Assembly: GCA_052143275.1 (NCBI GenBank)
Contig: JBKQTH010000034.1
Coordinates: forward strand, 1 to 55,306
DNA length: 55,306 nt
Source of the DNA: Ktedonobacterales bacterium
Lineage (GTDB): Bacteria > Chloroflexota > Ktedonobacteria > Ktedonobacterales > JADMIN01
Reading direction: 5' to 3'
Shown one piece after another: positions 1 through 9,270 of the stretch. Both the position numbers and the translations under genes were made by a program. Within the stretch, counting starts at the first letter, position 1. The number at the start of each line of letters is the position of its first letter. The notes under the pieces are model-generated. The model made no database searches and was not told where the DNA came from. It worked only from the letters and a program-made list of their open reading frames with translations.

Positions 1-985
1 GATCTCGAATGATCTGCTCGACTCGCCCGCTGTCCCAGTAGCCGGAAATGGGAAAGTCAGCACCCAGTACCAGAAAATTGCGCTCCGGGAACAGCGACCG
101 GCGGCGCTCCACCACCTTTCTGATCAGTGCCGCGAGATCCATCGGCCTTGGCATCATCTCCAGGGCACCATGAAGTATACGCGAAGCATCCAGCATCTCC
201 CCCAGCATTTCAGACATGCGCAGACTCTGCTGGTCGATAGACTCTACCGAGCGCATCATAGGTTCAGGCAGCGACGTTTTGCGCGACTGCCGCGCCAGCA
301 GTTGGGCGAACCCTCTTATCGAGGTTAGAGGGCTACGTAGCTCATGTGCGGCAAATGAGATAAAGGACTCGCGGGCCTGTGCCTCGTCAGAGGCAATTCG
401 GGTCATGCGGAGCAGTTCCAGCGCGGAATTCTCCAGTTCCAGTGCCACAAGCGCCACGGAGGTCAAGAGTTCAAGTAATGTTTCGGAAGGCCGCAATGTG
501 GTAGCAGTGCCGTAGCTGAAAATATCTGGTCTGGCAACCAGTGCTCCCTGCAACTGGCCCTGCTCATTCTGGCATAAAATCGCCAGCGTTCCCAGAAGGT
601 GCAGCACCGGTGACGGCTGAGGAGGAGGGCCGTGCACCGGCGCCATGAAAGCCAGGTTTGCCAGGAGCTGCGGATCCAACAGGTCTGGCGGAGCAAGCTG
701 GAGCCAGAGGCCATGTTCGTTCTTGATTGCCGAGACTGGCGTAAATGTAGCCGGCTGCCCGCCGTTGCCCGGCTCGTAGCGGAGCAAACCTACTCTCTGC
801 ACACCTGGAAGACTTGCGGCGATAATGTGCAGTGCCCGGTATCCAGCCGATTTTGGTTGAAAGGCTGCAGTGCTACGAGGGGCGTGAACCTCACTCCAGC
901 TCGTGCTCTCCGGCGTCTCGCCCGACCTACCGTCTGAGGCTCGGTCTTCATTTTCGATTGGGAGCTGTTCCTCGCGCAAGCCCAT
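1..985 (-). CDS. Sensor histidine kinase (HisKA), runs off left edge; start uncertain
   Basis: Manual minus-strand translation is open from ATG 985 to the edge: ...QARESFISFAAHELRSPLTSIRGFAQLL...EMLDASRI...WDSGRVEQIIRD (H-box and start of HATPase). Absent from the ORF track because there is no stop in the window. Confidence 0.85.
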   Translation of the reverse strand, partial: MGLREEQLPIENEDRASDGRSGETPESTSWSEVHAPRSTAAFQPKSAGYRALHIIAASLPGVQRVGLLRYEPGNGGQPATFTPVSAIKNEHGLWLQLAPPDLLDPQLLANLAFMAPVHGPPPQPSPVLHLLGTLAILCQNEQGQLQGALVARPDIFSYGTATTLRPSETLLELLTSVALVALELENSALELLRMTRIASDEAQARESFISFAAHELRSPLTSIRGFAQLLARQSRKTSLPEPMMRSVESIDQQSLRMSEMLGEMLDASRILHGALEMMPRPMDLAALIRKVVERRRSLFPERNFLVLGADFPISGYWDSGRVEQIIRD

Positions 986-1083
986 ATCCTCCCACGTGGT
1001 AATGACCATTTTGGAGCGATTACGCGCAGGAACCATGCCAACTGATGACCTATTACACAAGTCAACCTCGTGTCCGGCCGCAT

Positions 1084-1749
1084 TTACTTCCGCACTAATC
1101 GCTGCCAATCCTCGGAAAACTGCTTTACTGCTGCATCCGTCATGGAATGTATGGCCATGGTAGCGATGACGGGAGGCGGAGCGGTAACATCGTGAGCGCC
1201 AGCCAAAGTTGCTTCAACGATGTCATTGGGCGTCTTCAAGCTGGCTGCCAGAATACGAGTGTTGCTCTGTTGGCCCTGGAGCAGGCGGGATATGTCGGCA
1301 ATGACCTGGCTGACATCGACTCCGGCGTGGCGCAGCCGGCAGAAATAGGGTATTACCCACCGAGCACCGGCCATTGCTCCCAGGTAAGCCTGGGCGACAG
1401 AGGCGACGGCGGTAATGGCGAACTGAATGCCATCGCGTGCCAGATCGCGAGCTACCCGCAGGCCAGCCGAATTGGCCGCCAATTTCACTACGATCCGCTC
1501 CGGGTCAATAGTGGCATAGGCCAGCGCAGCCTTATAAAGTTCCACCGGAGTCTCAGCAACCGGATGCATGAAGACGGTTCCATCGACGATCGCGAGCAAC
1601 TCATGTAGCACCTCGGAATCTGAGAGGCGCTGGCCATGCTCGAGTGCCGCCAGCAAGATGCTTGGATTAGTCGTAACCCCAGCAATGGGGTAGGCTACCG
1701 TCAGGCTGGCGATATCTTCAATCACTGCACTGTCAACGAATAAAGCCAT
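1084..1749 (-). CDS. Transaldolase / fructose-6-phosphate aldolase family protein
   Basis: LFVDSA, GVTTNPS, VVKL (Schiff-base Lys), ILAASLK; 221 aa, typical of TalC/FSA. Confidence 0.9.
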   Translation of the reverse strand: MALFVDSAVIEDIASLTVAYPIAGVTTNPSILLAALEHGQRLSDSEVLHELLAIVDGTVFMHPVAETPVELYKAALAYATIDPERIVVKLAANSAGLRVARDLARDGIQFAITAVASVAQAYLGAMAGARWVIPYFCRLRHAGVDVSQVIADISRLLQGQQSNTRILAASLKTPNDIVEATLAGAHDVTAPPPVIATMAIHSMTDAAVKQFSEDWQRLVRK

Positions 1750-1838
1750 GGGCCTACCCCTTATGTCTTCTGCTACCTGCTCCTAGCTCCGCTTCCGTAT
1801 TGGATGGGGCTATCCGGTGATGGCTATCCCACGGTTGC

Positions 1839-2972
1839 CTAGAGCGAGCGGGCAATTACCAGACGCTGAATCTGGTTGGTTCCTTCATAGATCTGGCAAA
1901 TCTTGGCATCTCGCATCATCCGCTCCACGGGAAAGTCCTTCATATATCCATAACCACCTAACACCTGTATGGCATCGTTGGTGACCTCCATGGCCATATC
2001 CGAAGCGAAGGTCTTAGCGATTGCCGACTCCCGGCTGAAGCGCGACACGCCCTGGTCTATCAGCAACCCGGCGTGATAGATAAGCTGGCGAGCGGCTTCC
2101 ACCTTGATATCCATGTCGGCAAGCATGAATTGAATCGCCTGATTCTCGAAGATCGGCCTGCCAAACTGGACTCGCTGCTTGGCATAACTTGCGGCGAAGT
2201 CCAGGGCGCCCTGTGCGATGCCGAGCGCCTGTGCGGCAATGCCCGGGCGTGTACGGTCAAGCGTCATCAAGCCAATTTTGAAGCCGTCGCCCTCTTTCCC
2301 CAGGAGATTTTCCGCCGGGATCACACAGTCCTCGAAGATCAGCTCACCAGTCTGTGAGCCGCGAATTCCCATCTTATTCTCGCTCTTACCCATGCGAAAG
2401 CCCGGTCGATCGTCTTCAACGACAAAGGCGCTGATGCCATGCGTGCCGGCAGCCGGGTCGGTGATAGCAAAGACGCTATTGATGTGTGCGATACCGGCAT
2501 TGGTAATGAAGTGCTTGACACCGTTTAGAACGTAGGTACTTCCGTGTCGCTCGGCCCGTGTGCGCATAGCTCCGGCATCCGAGCCGGAACCTGGTTCAGT
2601 TAGCGCGTAGGCAGCCAGCCACTCTCCCGAGGCGAGTCCGGGAAGATAACGCTGCCTCTGCTCTGGCGTGCCTGCGAGTAAGATAGGCAGCGAGCCTAGC
2701 TGCTGCACGCAAAGAATAAGTGCGGTGGTGGCGCAGGCTTTGGCCAGCTCTTCAATGGTCTTGAGGATGCTGACTTCGCTGGATCCCAGGCCTCCATACT
2801 CTGGAGGGAACGGCATGGCCAGAATATCTTGGCGGGCAAGCAGCTCCTTGATGTCCCAGGGGAACTCCCCCTTGTCGTCTATCTCCGCCGCCCTTGGCGC
2901 GATCTTCTCACGTGCCAGGTCACGCACCATGTCCAGCAGCATGCTCTCATCATCAGATGCCCACACGGCCAT
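1839..2972 (-). CDS. Acyl-CoA dehydrogenase
   Basis: YALTEPGSGSDA, LNGVKHFITN, IQVLGGYGY, IYEGTNQIQR; AAGGAG RBS. Confidence 0.95.
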   Translation of the reverse strand: MAVWASDDESMLLDMVRDLAREKIAPRAAEIDDKGEFPWDIKELLARQDILAMPFPPEYGGLGSSEVSILKTIEELAKACATTALILCVQQLGSLPILLAGTPEQRQRYLPGLASGEWLAAYALTEPGSGSDAGAMRTRAERHGSTYVLNGVKHFITNAGIAHINSVFAITDPAAGTHGISAFVVEDDRPGFRMGKSENKMGIRGSQTGELIFEDCVIPAENLLGKEGDGFKIGLMTLDRTRPGIAAQALGIAQGALDFAASYAKQRVQFGRPIFENQAIQFMLADMDIKVEAARQLIYHAGLLIDQGVSRFSRESAIAKTFASDMAMEVTNDAIQVLGGYGYMKDFPVERMMRDAKICQIYEGTNQIQRLVIARSL

Positions 2973-3058
2973 ACGATTCGCTCCTTTGCGCTCTGTCGCC
3001 CCCTCTTTTTCTTGTGTTTTCCCGGTCGAGCCCGTTGGTCACAGGTGGCGCTGCCACG

Positions 3059-3088
3059 ATTATACTCAGCGCTGCCGAGTGGAGTCAA
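3059..3088 (-). promoter_or_regulatory. Sigma70-type promoter for acyl-CoA dehydrogenase
   Basis: TTGACT-18 nt-TATAAT on minus strand. Confidence 0.6.
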
Positions 3089-3135
3089 TTTCTGCGCTCT
3101 TGCCGTCAAATCGCCTAAGAACCCGGCGCGGGACT

Positions 3136-3165
3136 TTGCTACTCCGCCGTCGCTGGTGATATACT
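3136..3165 (+). promoter_or_regulatory. Sigma70-type promoter for nusA
   Basis: TTGCTA-18 nt-TATACT with extended -10 TG. Confidence 0.55.
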
Positions 3166-3196
3166 GAGGTCTGGAAATGCAAAAAGACACTGGTGG

Positions 3197-3227
3197 AAAG
3201 AAAAGTGGGCACCCCCACTTTTCTTTT
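3197..3227 (+). promoter_or_regulatory. rimP/nusA-leader-like attenuator hairpin
   Basis: 13-bp perfect stem AAAGAAAAGTGGG-CACC-CCCACTTTTCTTT, U-rich 3' arm, upstream of nusA; resembles the AGTGGG...CCCACT leader known before rimP-nusA operons. Confidence 0.7.
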
Positions 3228-3445
3228 GCTTAGCAGGCCTAGTAGATGGAAATGATGTAGCCAAGCGTAGTAATAGGTTTACCGCATATATCTCACTTTG
3301 GGCGGCGAAACGGTCAGCCTGGCAGAGACGTGAAGGGCGTGGGGCAAACTCACGCCCTCACTCTGTCTGGTAGGGCCAGCCAGTGAATCTATGGTTGCAT
3401 GTCGCTACAGAAATGTGTCTGTCAGTGCCGGGAGGGGGTTATACC

Positions 3446-4564
3446 ATGAGGACAGAGTATCAGGCGGCAATCGCGCAGCTCACGCATGAAAAGGGTCTGC
3501 CACAGGACGTGGTCACGGAAGCGGTCGCCAATGCCCTCCTTGCTGCCTACCGCAAAAGCGTAGGCGGCGGCGAAAACGTACGCATCGAAGTGGAACGCAG
3601 CGGCGAGGTGCGGGTCTGGGTGACCAAACGCGTGGTCACCCAGGTACGTAACTCCGCGGAGGAAATTTCACTGGGTGAGGCTCAGCAAATCGATCCACAT
3701 GCGGCTCTGGGGCAGCACATGGAGGTGGATAGCCCTCAGATATTTGATCGCATTCCAGCTCAAACTGCCAAACAAATTATCTTACAGCGGATTCGTGAAG
3801 CCGAGCAGGATTACCTATTTGAGTCTTTCAAGGACCGGCTGGAAGATCTAGTGATGGGTACGGTAGTACGGCGCGATGAGCGCAATAGCTCATCCTTTAT
3901 TCTGGATCTGGGCAAGATCGAGGGCGTGCTGGAAGAGAAAGAGCAGATGCACGGTGAACGAATCCGCATCGGGCAACGGCTGCGCGTCTATGTCTATGAT
4001 CTAAAGCGAGGCGGCGGCCGAGGAGTGCAGGCTATGGTCTCCCGCACTCACCGGAATATCATCAAGCGCCTATTCGAGCTCGAAGTTCCAGAGATCTTCA
4101 GCGGGCAGGTAGAAATTAAAGCGATCGCTCGCGAGCCGGGCAGCCGCTCCAAGGTAGCCGTCTGGGCGCGCCAGGAGGGTATAGACCCCATTGGAGCTTG
4201 CGTAGGCATGCGCGGCACCCGAATCAATAATGTCGTCAACGAACTAAATGGTGAGAAAATCGATATCATACAGTGGGATACCGATAATGCGCGGTTTATT
4301 GCCAATGCGCTCAGTCCAGTCAAGCCAATAAACGTGGAGCTACGGGAATCGGACCATACCGCCCTAGTTACGGTTCCAGAGAAACAGCTCTCGCTAGCCA
4401 TTGGCAAAGAAGGGCAAAATGCCCGCCTGGCGGCTCGGCTCACTGGCTGGCGAGTAGATGTGGCGCGCGCTGCCGCGCGTGGCGCAGAGAGCAGCAGCTC
4501 CAATGCCAATGTCGAGGCCACCCTGTCAGCGGTGGAGGCACCACAAGTGCATCTGGAAGGATAG
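3446..4564 (+). CDS. nusA: Transcription termination/antitermination factor NusA
   Basis: RIPAQTAKQIILQRIREAE, IAREPGSRSKVAV, IGACVGMRGTRI, LSLAIGKEGQNARLAARLTGWRVD; start moved to ATG 3446 after GGAGGGGG. Confidence 0.97.
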   Translation: MRTEYQAAIAQLTHEKGLPQDVVTEAVANALLAAYRKSVGGGENVRIEVERSGEVRVWVTKRVVTQVRNSAEEISLGEAQQIDPHAALGQHMEVDSPQIFDRIPAQTAKQIILQRIREAEQDYLFESFKDRLEDLVMGTVVRRDERNSSSFILDLGKIEGVLEEKEQMHGERIRIGQRLRVYVYDLKRGGGRGVQAMVSRTHRNIIKRLFELEVPEIFSGQVEIKAIAREPGSRSKVAVWARQEGIDPIGACVGMRGTRINNVVNELNGEKIDIIQWDTDNARFIANALSPVKPINVELRESDHTALVTVPEKQLSLAIGKEGQNARLAARLTGWRVDVARAAARGAESSSSNANVEATLSAVEAPQVHLEG

Positions 4565-4583
4565 GAAGGAGTGCCGGCCAAGT

Positions 4584-5009
4584 ATGCCTACCATGCCAGC
4601 CAAGCCAAAAGAGACTGCCGGCAGCGGCTCGGCCGCATCCCGGCACGCTAAATCGGCTAAATCGCCGAAGCCCAGGCATGTTCCCCAGCGCACCTGTATC
4701 GTCTGCAAGCAGGTGCGTCCCAAGCGGGAGCTGATTCGAGTAGTGCGGACGCCGGAAGGCCATGTCGAGGTGGACGCGACCGGCAAGAAGTCCGGTCGCG
4801 GGGCCTATCTCTGCGCCCGCCGCTCCTGCTGGGAACCGGCGCTCAAGCGCGGCAAGCTGGAGCAGGAGTTCGAGGTAACCCTGGCGGCCGAAGACCGTGC
4901 CGCTCTGGAAGCCTATCTGGAGACGCTGCCCCTCGAGGCCGCGCCGCCAGCTCGGCCTGCTCGGTCAGCGCCACCCACCGGCCAGGCGCCGCGCCGAAAT
5001 CACTCCTAA
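4584..5009 (+). CDS. ylxR: YlxR/RnpM (DUF448) RNA-binding protein
   Basis: HVPQRTCIVC...ELIRVVRTPEG...GKKSGRGAYLC; directly after nusA. Confidence 0.92.
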   Translation: MPTMPAKPKETAGSGSAASRHAKSAKSPKPRHVPQRTCIVCKQVRPKRELIRVVRTPEGHVEVDATGKKSGRGAYLCARRSCWEPALKRGKLEQEFEVTLAAEDRAALEAYLETLPLEAAPPARPARSAPPTGQAPRRNHS

Positions 5010-6709
5010 GTGCAGCTAGCCACGTTGGGAACGTTGGCCGCACTGATCTGAACCGGATTCGATTGCAGCTGCGAAGACGGCTCCCAGGAGAAGCTGGCCG
5101 GCAGCTTGGAGCTGGGTAGGTAAACGATCAGCGGATAACTGGCCCAACAGCTGCCAAGCGGCAAAAGCGGGAAAAATGGCGGTTGAGCATTCGCGCCTCC
5201 AGGGCTGGCGATGTTGGGACCAATCTGTGAGATAACCCCTACTACCTGCTGATCGGCGCCGGACGTCACATAGATTGTGATGGGAGAAGGACCGCTGACG
5301 TAGGCGAGAGCATAGACGCTTTCGCTGCCGATACCCAGCGCCGTCGGCGCACTCTGAACTCCGCCGAGATTCCACAGCTCGCCGTCCCGGACATAGGCAT
5401 TGATGTTGTCCAAGAAAGTCTGCACCTTGCTGCCCAGGGTAAATGGAGCATTGTCAACCAACGGAGAATTGGGCTGTACCAATTCACAACCATGCGTATT
5501 GCAACGCGTAACGTCTGTACCGTGCAGATACGTATAGTCGGTGTAGAGCAGTGTGCCCCTGTCTCCCGAGCTGGTAGAGGTATAGAGCGTGGCTTTAGCT
5601 ACATCATTCGGCTGATCCTGATACACGTCCCATTGGTAAAATGCGCCGTTGCTCAGTGCTGCCTGCATCTGCACCTCGTAATGCACCACCAGCGAGCTAG
5701 CGGGTGCGGCAATCGCACCTGTCGGCTGGTACGGTATATCAATGGAGAGACTGGTGAGTCTGAGGTCGGCCAGCGCCCCACTGAATTCCGGACTACTCTG
5801 GTTGAGTACTTCGCCGCTAGGCAAGCCAACGTCCAGGATTACACTGAAGTGCGGGGGATAAACCAGGCTCATATCCTGGCCCACCACGACGTCGCTTTGG
5901 CTGGTGCTGTCGCTCATGGCCTGCCACTGGGGAAAATTCGGAACCTGCCAGGTCAGATCCGTGTAGGGTTGTGACACCGAGTAGCCAGGCATCTCGTTCA
6001 GCGGCACAGGCATCTCGCGAAGATGGAGATCACTAAACGGTGCACCTAGACTCCAGACCACGTCAAGATATTTTGTGCCGCTTGCAGATGTGACAGTAGC
6101 ACTCTTAAATCTCGCCCCCGTCGGAAGGGTTGTCGGCATGAGTGGCAAAAAAGGAAGTTTCACTGCCTCATAATACCCTTCGACTTTTCGATCAGCGAGA
6201 TTCACCTGGCTCTGTATGTCCACGTTCGGTGTCGGATTCACCATCTGGCCGGGCCGGCCATGAAAAGAAACAAAGGCCAGTACAACAACGAGCAGGGCTG
6301 CCAGCGATGGTAGGGCCCATGCCATCACCCCGGAGTGGCGCAACTGGCCCGACTTTCGCGCCACGCGGAGCGGCGCCGCCAGGTTGGTGTCCGCCAGAAT
6401 GAAGGCCGGCAAAGAGCGCGGAGCCAGCGGCTTTTCAGGACGGCGCAATGACTGGCGGACAGCTCGCTCTCTATTCACGCTGTTGGTAGCCGCCAGCACC
6501 CGATCCAACACCTCAGGAGACGGTCCCGGCGCCGGTAGCCGGCCGAGAGCAGCGTCTAAAGCTTGGTAACGGGCCACTGCCTGGCGGCAGGCGGCGCACG
6601 AAGCTAGATGCTTCTGAACCCGCTCGCGCAACGCGCTATCGAGGTCGCCGTCGACATAAGCAGAGAGATACGGCCGCGCCTCATGGCAGCGCATAATCCG
6701 CGTGCTCAC
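5006..6709 (-). CDS. Zinc-finger (zf-HC2/ZAS) transmembrane anti-sigma factor with large extracytoplasmic domain
   Basis: C-x-EARPYLSAYVDGDL...HLASCAAC (HxxxCxxC), one TM helix, overlaps the ECF sigma stop. Confidence 0.85.
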   Translation of the reverse strand: MSTRIMRCHEARPYLSAYVDGDLDSALRERVQKHLASCAACRQAVARYQALDAALGRLPAPGPSPEVLDRVLAATNSVNRERAVRQSLRRPEKPLAPRSLPAFILADTNLAAPLRVARKSGQLRHSGVMAWALPSLAALLVVVLAFVSFHGRPGQMVNPTPNVDIQSQVNLADRKVEGYYEAVKLPFLPLMPTTLPTGARFKSATVTSASGTKYLDVVWSLGAPFSDLHLREMPVPLNEMPGYSVSQPYTDLTWQVPNFPQWQAMSDSTSQSDVVVGQDMSLVYPPHFSVILDVGLPSGEVLNQSSPEFSGALADLRLTSLSIDIPYQPTGAIAAPASSLVVHYEVQMQAALSNGAFYQWDVYQDQPNDVAKATLYTSTSSGDRGTLLYTDYTYLHGTDVTRCNTHGCELVQPNSPLVDNAPFTLGSKVQTFLDNINAYVRDGELWNLGGVQSAPTALGIGSESVYALAYVSGPSPITIYVTSGADQQVVGVISQIGPNIASPGGANAQPPFFPLLPLGSCWASYPLIVYLPSSKLPASFSWEPSSQLQSNPVQISAANVPNVASCT

Positions 6710-7329
6710 GGCATCTCTCCTCTCTGCTCTTCATAGTAATGAGCAAACATGTCACGGGCCCTGGCAAGGCGCACCGCGGCGGCTCCAGGACTGATGCCAA
6801 CAACATCAGCAATCTCTCGATAATTCAGCCCCTGCGCGCTATGCAAGACCAGGCAGACGGCATATTTGGGCACCATGCGCCGTAATGTACGGGTGATGAG
6901 ATCTCGTTCGGCAACGCCATCGATTGCGCTGGTGGTGCCGGGCGGGGCGACGTCATAGGGGCTGCCGTACTCGCTCTCGCCGCTTCCAGCCTCCAAAGGC
7001 ACGGCAAGTCCAAAAATCTTGCGTGTGCGTGCCCGTTTACGTAGATGATCCATACACAGATTGGTGGCTATACTGTAAAGCCAGGGACGCAGCTTCGTGG
7101 CATCTCGTAGCTGCGCTAGCCGGTAGTGAACTCGGATGAAGACTTCCTGGGTCACATCATCGGCATCCTCCTGGTTTCCCAGCAACCGGAAGGCGTAACT
7201 GTGGATCGCGGCGCTATACTGCCTATATGCTTCAGTCAAAAGCGCTTCGGCGTATGCTTCAGCAGCCGCTGCCTCTCTCGCGTCGGTCTCGTCACCGTCA
7301 AGATCCAGCGGGTCATGCGGCGGGCTCAT
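6706..7329 (-). CDS. ECF RNA polymerase sigma factor (start uncertain; frame open to 7620)
   Basis: DADDVTQEVFIR, WLYSIATNLCMDHLRKR (region 2); GLNYREIADVVGISPGAAAVRLARAR (region 4). Confidence 0.92.
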   Translation of the reverse strand: MSPPHDPLDLDGDETDAREAAAAEAYAEALLTEAYRQYSAAIHSYAFRLLGNQEDADDVTQEVFIRVHYRLAQLRDATKLRPWLYSIATNLCMDHLRKRARTRKIFGLAVPLEAGSGESEYGSPYDVAPPGTTSAIDGVAERDLITRTLRRMVPKYAVCLVLHSAQGLNYREIADVVGISPGAAAVRLARARDMFAHYYEEQRGEMP

Positions 7330-7603
7330 TGACCCATTACCGGGAAATGTGAGCGCTGAGGCCGATAACCTACCATGGGCATCATTGGCATCCAGCCTCG
7401 TAACCACCTGCCACTCCGTCTGTTGACCAAACTTGAAGCATTGCTTCCACCAGTTATGACGTTGGAGTCGAGCTGGATTTACAATGCCGTCCCAACCATG
7501 AGTATGGCCGCACCGGTTCTGGCCGTTGGTACCCACCGCATGAACTCCCACTTCTCTGTCTACCACGCTGGCAGTAAAAGCCGATGGCTGCGCGCGACTC
7601 CGC

Positions 7604-9169
7604 TCAGGCCAGATTGTCACTAGGCACGCTTGATCCTCTGGACCGGCGACGGCTGACCGCTCGTGCCTCGGCCTTGCTGCCTGCCGGCTCCGGCGTTCGT
7701 TGCTCCGGCAAATCCGCTACGTTGTCGCTTCCTTCCAGCGTAGCCAGAAATGCGCGCGCCAGAGCTGTAGCGGCAGTCCGGTCATCTGGAGCAAGCTGTC
7801 CATCGATCACCAGCCCGAGAAGGTACTCTTTCAGCGGCCTTAGCCAGGGACCAGGTCCACGTCCAAACAATTGCATCAGATCGTGCCCATCAAGCGGACT
7901 CTTCAGTGGCACACGCTCGGCCTCAGCAAGCAGCCAGCGACAACGAGCATCAAGCTCGTTGATGCGGGCGGCGGCGCGGCTCACCTTGTCTGGGCGATAA
8001 CTGGTGATATCGGCACGTGACAGGTCCAGGAGATCAGGCAGCGCATCGCCGGCCTCAAGCATCAGGCGACGCACCGCACCATCAGTCCAGTCGGGCGCGT
8101 AAGAGTTGGCCCGCATATGCATGCGTACCAGCAGACTGACATGTTCAATAAACGGCCTGTCGAACTTTAGACGACGAAGAATATCTCTTGCCATATTTGC
8201 TCCGATTTCTTCGTGGCCAAAGAAGTGTATCTTGCCGTCCTCGACACTGCGGGTACGCGGCTTGGCGATATCATGCAGCAGTCCGGCCCAGCGAGCCGTC
8301 GGGCGAGGAGGTGTGCGATCCACCACCTTCAGTACATGATCATAGACATCCTTGGACCTGGCTGCGGCAGCCTCAGGCTTCTGGCTGACACCTCGCAATT
8401 CAAGGACTTCGGGAACGACGAAAGGCATCAGGTCCAGGTCTACTAGTAGTCGAATACCTAGGCTTGGTCTTTCCGTCAGCAATAGCTTGGTAAACTCGTC
8501 CCGAATACGCTCACGACTAATCTTCTCAAGAGTCGCAGCCTGCCGCCTCATCGCTCCTCTGGTTGCCGGCTCAATGGTAAATCCCAGTTGAGCAGCGAAC
8601 CGCGCGGCGCGCAGCAGCCGCAATGGGTCTTCGTCGAAACGCCTCTCTGGATCATTGCCGACAGCACGGATCAGTCCGAGCTCCAGATCGCTACGTCCAC
8701 CATAGGGGTCTAGAATTTGCCCGGTGAGTGGATCGCGCGCCATGGCATTGATGGTAAAGTCGCGGCGGAGCAGGTCATCTTCCAACGTGTCCCCGAACGT
8801 GACCTCAGGCTTACGTGAGTTTGGGTTGTACCGATCGCTACGATAGGTCGTAATCTCAATGATATCAGGAATCTCAGGGCTGCGCGACGGCTCGCCTGAG
8901 TTGCCAGATGCAGCGGAATCACGGGCAGCATGAGGCTTGGGATAGTGCAGCCGAACCGTCCCAAACTGCTCGCCGACGGTTACAATCGCCAGCGGCCGGG
9001 TCGGCGCGACTAGCCGCTTCACCTCATCTGGTCGTGCGTTGGTAGCGAGATCGGCATCCGCTACGGTATCGTGATGAAGCAGCAGATCCCGTACCGCGCC
9101 TCCCACCATATACAATTCGTAGCCCTGGTCACGGAACCGTTCCGCAAGGGTCAAAATTATCTCTAGCAT
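7604..9169 (-). CDS. cca: tRNA nucleotidyltransferase (CCA-adding, class II) with HD domain
   Basis: YMVGGAVRDLL, DADLAT, DLLRRDFTINAMA, EDPLRLLRAARF, SRERIRDEF, LLHDIAKP. Confidence 0.9.
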   Translation of the reverse strand: MLEIILTLAERFRDQGYELYMVGGAVRDLLLHHDTVADADLATNARPDEVKRLVAPTRPLAIVTVGEQFGTVRLHYPKPHAARDSAASGNSGEPSRSPEIPDIIEITTYRSDRYNPNSRKPEVTFGDTLEDDLLRRDFTINAMARDPLTGQILDPYGGRSDLELGLIRAVGNDPERRFDEDPLRLLRAARFAAQLGFTIEPATRGAMRRQAATLEKISRERIRDEFTKLLLTERPSLGIRLLVDLDLMPFVVPEVLELRGVSQKPEAAAARSKDVYDHVLKVVDRTPPRPTARWAGLLHDIAKPRTRSVEDGKIHFFGHEEIGANMARDILRRLKFDRPFIEHVSLLVRMHMRANSYAPDWTDGAVRRLMLEAGDALPDLLDLSRADITSYRPDKVSRAAARINELDARCRWLLAEAERVPLKSPLDGHDLMQLFGRGPGPWLRPLKEYLLGLVIDGQLAPDDRTAATALARAFLATLEGSDNVADLPEQRTPEPAGSKAEARAVSRRRSRGSSVPSDNLA

Positions 9170-9270
9170 TACGACAAATCTTCTTCATAGTAGATTGGCG
9201 CGCCCTGGCTCATGGTCAGCAGACCAAGCCGTACTCAAGCCTGTGTAGGACCCATGCCGTGATGGCTGGT

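Noticed and set aside
216-1083. Short ORFs in the track at the left edge
   Set aside because: Shadows of the minus-strand histidine kinase frame.
7604-9169. Poly(A) polymerase call
   Set aside because: It lacks the PAP G(R/K)(R/K)F signature (has VGEQFGTV) and carries an HD domain.
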